Shown here one piece after another: positions 36,401-47,056 of a DNA stretch of 64,000 bases; within the stretch, counting starts at the first letter, position 1, and each line of letters opens with the position of its first letter. The notes under the pieces are model-generated. The model worked only from the letters and a program-made list of their open reading frames with translations. It had not been told where the DNA came from and searched no databases. This DNA is from Oikopleura dioica (lineage: Eukaryota > Animalia > Chordata): NCBI GenBank assembly GCA_907165135.1, contig OU015568.1, positions 7,192,001 through 7,256,000 of the forward strand, in the 5' to 3' direction. The position numbers were made by a program, and so were the translations under genes.

Positions 36401-39400
36401 TGTCACTTCCTCCACTCTCAACACTGAGTACATTGTTGAAGGTCTTACTGAAGGACACGCTTACCGATTCCGAGTTTGTGCTCGCAACTTGATTGGTGTT
36501 TCTGGTTACACTGAGATTGAAGAACCAGTCATTGCTTCTCCACCATTCAATAAGCCTGATCCACCAACTTCTGTCGTCTGCAGCAATGCCAAGGGCGAAG
36601 TTGCCATGATCAGCTGGAAGGCGCCCAAGAACGATGGCGGTAACAAGGTCAAATACTACCACATTGAGCGACGAGAACGACGACGAGGACAGTGGGTCCG
36701 ATGCTCCAACGAAACTGACTTCATCAAATACACAACTCACAAGGTCAGCGGCCTCGTTGAAGGACAGTTCTACGAATTCCGAGTTTTGGCTGAAAACGAA
36801 GCTGGCTTCTCTAAACCTTCTGAGCCATCTCAGCCAGTCAAGGTCGACTCTGCCGTTACTCCAATGGCACCAAAGATCGTCGAGCCTCTCCGTGACTACG
36901 TTGCCAAGCCTGGTCAGAACTTGACCATCCAGACTAAGATTTCTGGTACTCCAAAGCCAATCATCAAGTGGTACAGAAGTGGCAAGGAAATCACTCCTTC
37001 TTACAAGTACGACATTCGAGAAGGACGAGGCAACTACTTCAGCTTGACTATCATGGACTGTGATAACGACGACGAGACTGAATACTCTGTCCGAGGTGTT
37101 AACCCACACGGCGCTGTTCACATGCACGCCAAGGTTTCTGTCCAGGTTCCTGCCAAGCTCAAGGTCCCACGACACATGATGTACGAAGCTACTCGATGTC
37201 GACGACACGAAGTTGTGCAGATCAAGATCCCTGTCGAAGGCTTCCCTCTTCCAGACATCACATGGTCTATCCAGGGCAACCTCATCTTCAACGACACTCG
37301 ACACAACATCCACACTACTCCTTCTTTCACCACTTTGACCATCAACGATGCTGATCGAAAGGACTCTGGATTCTACGTTGTCCAGGCCAAGAACCGATTC
37401 GCCAACGACTCCGTTTCCGTCGAACTCCTTGTTGTCGATGTTCCTCAGCCACCAACTAACATGAAGGTTTCTGAGATCACTCGAGATTCTTGCTACCTCA
37501 GCTGGGACGAACCACGAGACAATGGCGGCCTTATGCTTCAGAAATACTCGATCGAGATGTGCCCTGCTTCTTCCAACAGATGGACTCAGGTCTCTTCTAC
37601 TCGAGCTCAGCATTACACCGTCATCAACCTTTCTGGCCGAACTCGATACACCTTCCGAGTTATTGCTCTCAACGAAATTGGCGCTTCCAAGCCTTCTGAG
37701 CAGTCTGAGACGATCACAACTAAAGAAGACCGAATCATCGCCAGCAACTACGACGACTGGGTTGATCCTCTCGACAAGTTCAAGCCATACGTTGCCAGCA
37801 TCACTTCTGATAGCATCCATGATAGCTTCCACATTTGCGAAGAGATCGGCCGAGGTACTTTCGGTGTCTGCCACCGAGCCAAGGAGATTCTCACCGATAA
37901 GGCTTTCGTCGCTAAGTTCATGAAGGTCGATGGTGCTGACCGAGTTCACGTCCGACGTGAAATTGATATCATGCGAAAACTTCAGCATCCCAAGATCCTC
38001 CAGCTTCACCAAGTCTGCGACATGCGAAACGAAATCGTCATGCTTACCGAGTTCCTTTCTGGACCAAACCTCTTCGAGAAGCTTTCTGATACTCGATTCG
38101 ATCTCAACGAACAGAAGTGCATTGGTATCGTCAAACAGATGTGCGAAGCATTGGCCTTCATCCACTCTCTCAAGATCGCTTACCTCGACTTGAAGCCAAC
38201 TAATGTTATCTTCTGCACTCGAAAGGTCAACCAGCTCAAATTGATGGACTTTGGTCAGTCTCGAATCTGCCAGCCAGGCGAGACCGTTCGACTTGCTTAC
38301 AAGACCCCCGACTTTGTCGCCCCTGAAGTTGTCACCAACGAAACTGTCCACTTTGGAACTGATATCTGGTCCCTTGGTGCTATTGTTTACTTCATGGTTT
38401 CTGGCAAGCTTCCATTCGGCGGTGAAAACGGTGAAGTTGTTCGAAACAACGTCATTGAAGGTTCTTTCGACTTGAACTGCAACGAGTTCACTCAGATCAC
38501 CGATGACTGCCTCGACTTCATCGACCGATGTCTTCAGCGAGACCGAAAGGCTCGAATGACCGCAGTCGATGCTATTCAGCATCCATTCTTGCAGCCACTT
38601 CACCGCGAGTTGAGCCGAGATCTTATCATCCAGCGACAGAAGCCAATCAACACCATTCCTCATCGAGCTGTTTACGGTGCTACGCGAAAGGGTGACGAGA
38701 CCGAGTCTCTTATCGGCATTGCTCGATGGGCAAATGGAGGTGCTCTCAAGTCACACCGAGGCCACACCATTTCCAAGGTCCGAATCGCACCATGGGAAAT
38801 GTCTCCAAAACTCAGAGCTATGCACCATGTCATGGCCAAGGAAGGTTCCACTCCCAAGCTTATCTGCCGAATCGAAAACGCAACTGGCAACGAGAAGATC
38901 ACCTGGTACCACAACAACATCGCCCTCGATACTGGCTTCACCGTCGACGATGAAGGCAACGAGATCAAGAACAACGACAAGTACGAGGCGGAATTCTCTG
39001 CTGCTAAGGGTGCTTCTCTTTACATTATCGGCGTCAAGGAGCGAGATGAGGGAACGTACAAGGTCCGTGTTGAGAACGGCTTTGGTGCTACCTTCAATCA
39101 GCTTGAAGTCTGCGTTGAGCGACGATCTGACCGCACTTGGACTCGAACTCGTCGATCCTTGTACATGAAGCACAAGAAGAGCAAGGGACTCGGTGGCCGA
39201 GAAGTCAAGGCTCTCCGACGACCCCCAGAGTTCACTCTTCCTCTCTACAACAGGACGATTACCGAGGGAGAAAATGTCACTTTCTCTGTCACTTGCACCG
39301 TCCACCCCGATCCAGCCATTACTTGGTTCAAGGATGGCCAGAAACTCAGCTTCGGCGAGGATGATACTCAATACGATTGCACTTCTGATAAGGGTCTCTA

Positions 39401-42400
39401 CTCGATGACTCTCAAGCGATGCGATGCCGACTTTACTGGCGAGTACAGCGTTCAAGCTGTCAATCCATATGGCGAAGATTGGTCTAAGGCTACTTTGACC
39501 GTCAAACCTAAGGCTGCCAAGGCAGACATCACCGTCCGACCTATGTTCCGACGACTTCTTTCCAACATGGAAGTCGAAGAGAACCAATCTGCTCGATTCG
39601 ACGTTCGAGTCACTGGATTCCCTCGACCAACTCTTGTCTGGGAGAAGGACGGCAAGGAAATCACTCCTACTCAACACCACCAGATCGTCTGGGAAAGCAA
39701 CCACGACTGCTACCTCATCTGCTACAACACCTTCAGCGATGATACCGGTCTCTACAAGGTCACTGCTACCAACTCTGCTGGTACCTCTTCTTGCCAGGCT
39801 CAGCTCACTGTCAAGCCTATCAAATACGAGCGAAAAAAGGCTCCACGAGAGAACGCTGACCTCATTGCTGAGTCCAAGCGAGCTAAACTTGCTCGACTCA
39901 TTGCTGGCGATGCTACTCCAGTTCCAATGAACGAACGAGCTAAGCTTGCTCTTGCTGATGCTGAGGCTGCCGCCCGATCTTTGAAGATGGAAGGTGTCGA
40001 TGAGGAAGTTGATCCACTTGAAGATGTCAAACTCCAGAAGGTCCGAGCTCCACCAATGAAGATGCCATACAAGATTCCAGAATCTCGAGAAGTCGATCCT
40101 ACTGTCGCTCGAATTGACAAGAACATCACTCAGTACGAGCCACTTTCTGACATGAAATGGTACAGATCTTCTAAGAAGGCTAACGAGCTCATCGATCCCG
40201 CTCTCCAGGGCACCAAGGTCGAGCCACGACGACAGAAACACATCAAGCAAGTTCTTCTGCCCGACACTGAGGGACTTGTTCCCGTCAAGCGAGTCAAGGC
40301 TGACTTGAACACATCTTCTGATCGATACCGAACTCTTGAGACTATTCTTGGCGACTCTGATAGCAAGGCCATCAAGGATGCTAAGATTGATCCAAACCAG
40401 ACTTACATCACCTACTACCGACCAGAACTTGATGACGAGCTCGTTCTCAAGCCATGCGACGAGTACATGAACGAAGTCAGAGCCAAGGAGATCCTCCACG
40501 ACGAAGAAGTTGAGCGAGAAGAACTCCGACGCAAGAAGTTCAAGAACCGATCTCAGATCCGAAAGGAACTCTACGGCGAAGATGATGAAGAGTTTGAGCT
40601 CAAATCTGTCAAGGTTCCTAAGAAACAGATGGATATGGGAACTCCTCTCTCTGAACTCGAAGCACGACGAAAGGTTCTTATTCCAGATCGAGCTGAGCGA
40701 AAGAAGATTCACATTGGATCTGATTCTGAGGATGAAGCCCTCGCTAACATCAAATCTGGCTCCTGGAAATACGCTGGAATGCGAGAACAGATGGAATTCG
40801 ACGCTAAGAAGGGTCGCGGCCGAGCTCAACCTGCTGAAGTCGCCCCTCGACCAAGATACGTTCCAACTGCTGATGCTGATGAAGCTTATCTCGAGACTCT
40901 TCGACCCCCAGCAAGAAAGACCCGAGCTGCTGAATACTTGATCAACAAGAAACCTCTTGGTCAAGCGGATTTCGAGACTCACGAGCTTCTCCAGCCACAG
41001 CGACGACTTTACCAGGATTATGAAGATTCTGATGAAGAAGAAGCTAGACCAGTTCGACGACGACGCCGACGAGACTCTGGCTCCTCCATCTTCACTGCTC
41101 CTGGCCGACATGGTCACTTCGAAGAAGACGTTGGAGAAGAAACCCTCGAATTCACATCTTCAAAGTACAAGAAGCAAGCAAAATCATCCGCCGCTTCCTC
41201 TTTTGATGTTCCCACAATCGAGACTGCTCCTACTTTCCAAATCCGATTGAAGAGCCACGTCGTTCCCGCTGGATCTAAGACCAAATTCATGTGCTCCGTT
41301 GTTGGCAAGCCCCGACCTCAGATCACCTGGTCTCACAACGGAACTACTCTCACCAACGGTGGCAAGTACCAGATCGAAGATCTCGCCGGTGTTCTCACCC
41401 TCACCATCCACAACTGCAATGCTGATGATGCCGGAACTTACCAAGCCCGAGCTTTCAACACTGCTGGCGAGTCTTCTGACTACGCCACCCTTGAGATCGG
41501 AGAATACGGATCTACCAAGAGCCAGCGAGGATTGAGCGATGGCACCAAAATGAGCTCGATGAAGATGGACGAATGGTCAATGCGAGAGCCTTACCGAAAG
41601 TCCACTCAGGCCGTCGCCGGTGCTCGAAAACTCCCTGGTGAGCCATATTTCCTCTCTGCTCCACGAGACCAGACTGTTGCTGATGGAGAGACTGCTCGAT
41701 TCACCGCCAACGTTGATGGCAGCCCAATGCCAAGAACAATGTGGCAGCGAATGGGCGCCAATCTTCGAGATTCTGACAAGTTCAACATCCGATCTATCAG
41801 AAACCAGCAAGTCCTTGAGATCCGAAATGCTTCGGTCATCGATGCCGGAGAATACGCCGTCACCATCCAATCCCTCAAGGGAGAAGAAACCGCCTACTTC
41901 CAGTTGAACGTCCAAGGCCGAGCCCGATCCCGAGCTGCTGTTGCTTCCCCAACTCCTTCTACTGGTTCCCGAACTAGCCGATCGAGCCGAAAAGGCAAGC
42001 CAATGGTCATCTCCGAACTGCACGGACAGATTCAGCTGAACGGCTCCGTCAAACTCGACTGCTCTGTCATGGATGAACACGCTGTCAAGTCTGTTGTCTG
42101 GTACAAGAACGACCGGCAACTTTCTTCTGCAAACGCTACCGCCTCTGCTGGACAGTACACTTACACCATCGATGGAGTCACTGCTGCTGATGCTGGACAC
42201 TACGCCTGCCACTTGGTTGGACTTTCCGGATCTACTACAACTTCCTATGAGCTTCTCGAGGACCGAATCGCCGACTACGCCGCCAACGCTGCCAAGGTCC
42301 AGCGAGTTACCTCCCCCGTGAAGATTGCCAACGAAGTCACTTTGGAATCCCTCCCTGCTCAGCTCGAAGTCGCCGCTGATACCGTTCTCAGTCTTTCTAC

Positions 42401-42605
42401 CACTTTCACTGGCTCTCCCGGTAAAATCGAATGGACCCGAAACGGACAGCCTCTTGCCGATGGAGACGAAGGTGGACGAGTTACTGTAGAAACCACTCTT
42501 TCTTCTACCACCCTTACTGTCTTGGCCGTCTCTACTGATGACGCTGGACGATACAGACTTACTGTCGGTGATGAAGGATCCACCGCTGTCGTAAGCATTG
42601 TTTAA
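9472..42605 (+). CDS. TTN: Titin (A-band C-zone, P-zone, kinase, M-band), ~11,000 aa; 5' end uncertain; one -1 frameshift near 26455-26461
   Basis: Exons ~9472(9601)-9642, 9687-10553 and 10597-42605, with GT-AG introns of 44 and 43 nt. Contains 7 full Ig-Fn-Fn-Ig-Fn-Fn-Fn-Ig-Fn-Fn-Fn super-repeats, a P-zone Ig-Ig-Fn-Fn-Ig-Ig-Fn, a titin-type kinase, an M-is2-like PLSDMKWY motif and a terminal M10-like Ig. Confidence 0.97.
37825..38592 (+). other. Titin kinase domain
   Basis: IGRGTFGV glycine loop, FVAK, YLDLKPTN catalytic loop, LMDFGQ, TPDFVAPE, TDIWSLG and HPFL. Confidence 0.95.
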
Positions 42606-43044
42606 AAAAATACCTTTTTTAGCTGTGCAGTTTATTAACTGTGTTTTCTTTTACCTATTTAATTGATCGTGAAAGCCAAAAAAAACTTCGAAAAACAAAA
42701 AAAAAAATATCACGAAAAGACCAATCCCTTGGCCGGGAAAAGGTCCAATTTATCAAATCATTGATAATTTTCACAGCAAGGTAACAAATTCGATGCTCTT
42801 GATTAAACCCGTTCTAGCTGCTTCAAGCGCTGAGGGTTAATAAAATTGAGGTGCTCGAGCCTTGCTTTGATTAATTATCACCGGGACAGCACTCCCACAA
42901 TTAAGAAAAAAAAATACTCTTTCACGATCATACTTTTTCCTTTTACTCTTCCTTGACTTCAATTCTGTGTGCTTCAAATTGTGCTGTACTTTCTTCTGTT
43001 CAAATTATTCAACTGCAACCCAACTTTTGAACCATTTTGAATCG

Positions 43045-43050
43045 AATAAA
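43045..43050 (+). terminator. Candidate poly(A) signal of titin
   Basis: AATAAA about 440 nt after the titin stop, followed by T-rich sequence. Another AATAAA lies near 42839. Confidence 0.4.
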
Positions 43051-43159
43051 AAATTCGGAATTTAAAATCAACAAGTCTCATTTTTCCAATTCACAATTGT
43101 CCAAACAAAGCATTCGCATCAAACAGGAAAGAAAAGCTAAAACTGGGAAAGTGGTAAAG

Positions 43160-43165
43160 TTTATT
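43160..43165 (-). terminator. Candidate poly(A) signal of tropomyosin
   Basis: AATAAA on the minus strand, about 20 nt after the TGA at 43186. Confidence 0.45.
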
Positions 43166-43185
43166 TGACTATTTAAAAAGGTTAT

Positions 43186-44380
43186 TCATGCAATCTCTCC
43201 GAGCTCCTTCATCGTTTGTTCAAGATTACGCTCGGCTTCGTCTCGTTCAGCTTTGAGCTTTTCAATTGTGTCTTCGGAGTCATCAAGTTGTCGCTAGAAA
43301 AAAGTCGTTGTTGAAAAAAAAAATTTTGAAAAAGGAATTCGCACCTGAAGTCCGTTTACTTTGGCGACAAGCTCTTCAATTGTACGCTCGTTTTCTTTAT
43401 TCACAGAGGAGAATTTCGCGACTTGGTCTTCCAATTGAGCTTCTTTTTCAGCAGCTTGATCATCAGCCGCCTGGAACGCTTTCAAAGCTGAAAACGGCAA
43501 TCAATCATCATTCAGAGCACCCGAAACTTACAAGAAGTGAGTTGCGTATTTTCCGATTCGGCGTTTTTAAACTGCTGGCAGAAGGTATCAGCTCGATCTT
43601 CAGCTTGCTCAAGCTCGGCTTCCAGGACTTTGACGCGTCTTTCGAGATCTTCTCGTTCACGGACCGCGTTTTCTGCCTCCAAGACTGCTCTTTTCAGCGA
43701 GATTTCCTGGGAAATTTAATAAGGAAAGTAATAAAAAATGGATGATTCACCTGATCGTCGCATTTTTCAGCAGTAAGGGCTTCTGCGTTCTCGAGCGATG
43801 TAAGTCTTCGTGTAGCTTCATCCCTCTCAGTTTCGGTTCTCTCCAAGTCGGCAGTTAGCCGAGCGCAGTTCTCCTCAAGTCGATCAAGATTGTCCTCGAG
43901 GAGTTGAACCTTAATTTGCTTGTCAGAATAAACTCGCTAATACAACCGATAAATAGCGATGCCTGGCTGGCATTTTAAATCCATCCTCGTTAAATCTTTA
44001 CAAAGTGCGGCGAATAAATCACTTTTTTCAAAGGAAGAATCTTACCCTAGGCTCGGCAACCTGAATAGAAAACCTGAGTCAGGTTCTAAAGAGCCAAAAT
44101 GAAAAGCCGCGTTGCGGCTTTTTATAAACGAAGCCATTTTAATCAATTTTTTTATACTAGCAAAGCCGCTTTGGTCAGGCTCTTTAGAACCTGACTCAGG
44201 TTTTTCACACAGGTTACCGAGCTCAGATCTTACCCGTCTGTTTTGGCTGGCAGCTTCGTTTTCTGCCTTTTCTGTCTCAATATTCGCCTTGTCTAGTTGT
44301 GCTCTGAGAGTAACGATTTCATCCTCCTTGATTTCGAGTTCGTCTTTCAGCGCTGTGATTTTTCTCTTGATAACTTCCAT
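43186..44380 (-). CDS. TPM: Short (cytoskeletal-type) tropomyosin, 5 exons, 243 aa
   Basis: MEVIKRKITALK...EAASQNRR|VQLLEDNLDRLEE...KCDDQ|EISLKRA...ERRVKVLEAELEQAEDRA|SLKAFQA...|RQLDDSE...TMKELGEIA*. This is colinear with 248-aa-type tropomyosins (ASLNRRIQLVEEELDR equivalent). All four introns are GT-AG. Confidence 0.9.
44047..44226. mobile_element. 180-bp MITE with 49-bp imperfect TIRs and an 8-bp TSD (ATCTTACC), in tropomyosin intron 1
   Basis: 44047-44095 and 44178-44226 are inverted copies with a perfect inner 27 bp. ATCTTACC is directly repeated at 44039-44046 and 44227-44234. There is an internal hairpin aaaagccgc-gtt-gcggctttt. Confidence 0.8.
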
Positions 44381-45514
44381 TTTTTACTTCAGCTCTGAAT
44401 ATAAGATCCTTTTTTTCTGTTCAATTTCAATTTTGGACTTTCTGAAACTCTGGACCGGGTTTTATCTCTGGCACACGGCGGGGAATATCACACGTTAGAG
44501 TCAAAAATCACTAACACAGCATTCAGATAGTCACAAACACGTGATAAAATCAAGATACAAGCTCTTTTGAAAAAGAAAAAATAGTGAATTGAGGGTACAC
44601 TCCTCTTGAAAGTGTAGTTGTGTGGCGAAATGGTAGCTGGTTTCTCTCGATTTTGGTAAAGTAGTGGTTGAAATAAAGGAACAAAGCGTGTCTCAACTCG
44701 TTGTCTTTGAGCTCGACAAAGGCATTGACGAGTTGGAGCACCACAAGATGGCGCTTGTTGCCGGAAATCGGCACGTCTCCTACTTGGGGACAACAAAGGA
44801 ACACGCTCGTGCTCGTTCAACTGTGCATCTCTGGAAATAAAATCAAAAGAAAACAAAGAGGAGGACAATTTGAATGTTGAATGTTGTAAATCACAAATTT
44901 CATTTGTTTGTTAGACTTTTCAAAATTCTCGATTTTATTTTAAGAAATTTGATTTTTTTGTAAAACACTCAATTAAAAACGCTCTCTCTAACAAAAGCCA
45001 AAATGTTATTGAATTTCAAGAGTCGCCATTCAAGATTGTCGCTAATAAAGAATTCAATAATATCTCTGTCGAGCTTTTATTTCAACTCTCTCATTGCCAG
45101 ATTGAATCTGGGCGCTTTTGAAGAATTCAGAATTGAAGAGGCGAATAAATGCGGCGGATATCTCCTGGCCCGCGGTCTCTCTCTCTCTGCTGGGAACAGA
45201 GCTGGTTTGATGACGCTGGCCTTTCGATGGGCTTGAATCAACGAACCTTTCACAATCACGAATCGTAAAAAAATCTTCAAACAGCGCCAGTCATCAAGCT
45301 CACGATGTCAACATCCGATTTCCTCTTTCTGTCCAGCGTCCGATCCATCCACGCAATCACCGCCGCACCGCCGCCGCACCCCGGCTGTTCACCAAAAAAA
45401 ATAAAACACTCATCATCCTAATTACTTTACAGCCCCTTTGTCGACCACCCAGCAAGATTTTATTTCATTAAACTTTTTTCTAAAATCACTTTTTTACGTT
45501 TTCAATTTTTTTAT

Positions 45515-45727
45515 TTATTTCAATGCAGCAAATTTTGGGTTGATCTCTACCAATTCTTTTTCAATTTGCTCCTGCTCGGGCAGCATGAACTGGCTAGTAA
45601 GAGGATCAGTAGGATTGCAGTTCCTACTATCCAGCAACCAACCGATTCCAAGGCCAATCGTCGTCACTAGGAAGAAAATTGCAGCGATTCGCCAAAAATG
45701 CTTTTTGATCACATCACGGAGACACAT
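45515..45727 (-). CDS. Small single-pass membrane protein, paralog A (70 aa)
   Basis: Intronless ORF MCLRDVIKKHFWRIAAIFFLVTTIGLGIGW...INPKFAALK*. It shares 20 of the first 30 residues with paralog B, with many silent codon differences. Confidence 0.7.
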   Translation of the reverse strand: MCLRDVIKKHFWRIAAIFFLVTTIGLGIGWLLDSRNCNPTDPLTSQFMLPEQEQIEKELVEINPKFAALK

Positions 45728-45945
45728 TTTCACTCTTTTTTTCTATCACTTTTCCAATGAGAAAATGATCGACACTACCACTACCACTAACACTTGCATG
45801 CTACTCCTGCTCATGCTCGAACTTGCTAAGAATAAATAACTGAGGTCGGATCATTTGAGTTGGTTACAGTATATTATCAGAATAATCATCGTCATACTAC
45901 TAGTAAGAAATCAAAGCTTACAGAAATATCCTCTTTTGTCGATTT

Positions 45946-46179
45946 TTAGTTCATTTGTTCGCTTGGAGGGATGATTTTGGGATTTACGACGTAGTCTTCG
46001 AGATTTTCAATCTGTGCGACGGATCTTTGAGCTCTTCCTCCGCCTTGGGGAGGAGCTTGGGTTGTTGTTGTGCAGGGGTCAGAGACCCCCCATCCGATGG
46101 ACAAGGCGATGGTGCTGCACATGAAGATGATCGCTAGAATTCTCCAGATATGCTTTTTGATGCAGTCTCCCAGGCACAT
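45946..46179 (-). CDS. Small single-pass membrane protein, paralog B (77 aa)
   Basis: Intronless ORF MCLGDCIKKHIWRILAIIFMCSTIALSIGW...VNPKIIPPSEQMN*. It is a tandem paralog of 45515-45727 with the same aaaagagNNaaaATGTG start context. Confidence 0.7.
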   Translation of the reverse strand: MCLGDCIKKHIWRILAIIFMCSTIALSIGWGVSDPCTTTTQAPPQGGGRAQRSVAQIENLEDYVVNPKIIPPSEQMN

Positions 46180-47056
46180 TTTGTCTCTTTTTGTCAAATT
46201 CAAATTTTATGATAATTTACAGATACGCTCCCATTTTTACGTGTGCTTACGGGTTAATAATTAATGGCTTGGGAATTTTACGAGAGTTCTGTGTACTCAA
46301 GATGTTGGTCCAAAAAGTCATGGTCAGCTGAGTCCGACTCATAGGGAAATAAAAGACAAGATGATTTGTTTCGATATTGTCGATGGTTATTCACACGCAG
46401 TTGACTTTAGTAGGCAAGGAATCGATCCTTGAGGACTCCAAGCTCGCCTAGACTCGCATTCCTTTCAATTTCAAATTGTTTAGACAATGGTCAGCGTCTT
46501 TTCAAAACTTACGATAATTCCCGCGCCCCCCAAGCCAGACTAAACATTGCTCGCGGGCACATTCCTTTTGCCGCCGCTACGAGATGACTTTCTCCTATTT
46601 CCTTTTTTTTTGAACTCGACGATAGGGCAAATATAGGGTACATTTTATTTTCAACACAGCTACTTTATGGCATTGAAAGCCCCCGCATCAGAACAGGCGA
46701 TCACTCTCAAACCGTAAAAGCAGAAAGAAAGTGCTTAGGCAAGATTTGAAGCCTAATTTACCACATAAATAACGCCATCGACTCTTTAATAAGGTCAAAG
46801 TAATAATAGTCATTTTATTTTTATCTGGCTCCGGTCTGCTTTTGCCGAAGTTCGAATCGTTCTGAACTGTCTGGCGCGATTCCACCGAGGTTTCGGATAG
46901 AACAAACTTTGTCAAAAGAACCACGTCTTTCTTAAAAAAAACTTATGATTAAAAACTTTTGCAGAGCAGTTTTCATAATAATGATCAAATCTGGCCATAA
47001 GATATTTGTATTTGCTATGGCGGCGGCCCCGTTTGCCAACAAAAACAAGTACCAAA

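Noticed and set aside
35913-41117. Very long antisense ORFs inside titin (916 aa, 788 aa; also 18403-20220 and 29229-30788)
   Set aside because: They are in codon register with the sense frame. Titin rarely uses TTA, CTA or TCA, so antisense stops are scarce. The products are Ser/Leu/Val-rich with no motifs.
10597-42605. Strong CGA (Arg) preference and ~300-nt periodicity as a hidden repeat array
   Set aside because: Explained by codon bias of a highly expressed gene and by tandem Ig/Fn3 domains. There are no nucleotide-identical repeats or CRISPR-like spacers.
44112-44498. 128-aa plus-strand ORF, and the read-through part of the 44042-44380 ORF
   Set aside because: Antisense to tropomyosin exon 1, and read-through into the MITE-containing intron.
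44488-45340. Minus-strand ORF fragments between tropomyosin and the microproteins
   Set aside because: Splice-like signals are present, but no consistent gene model or recognisable family could be built. Left unresolved.
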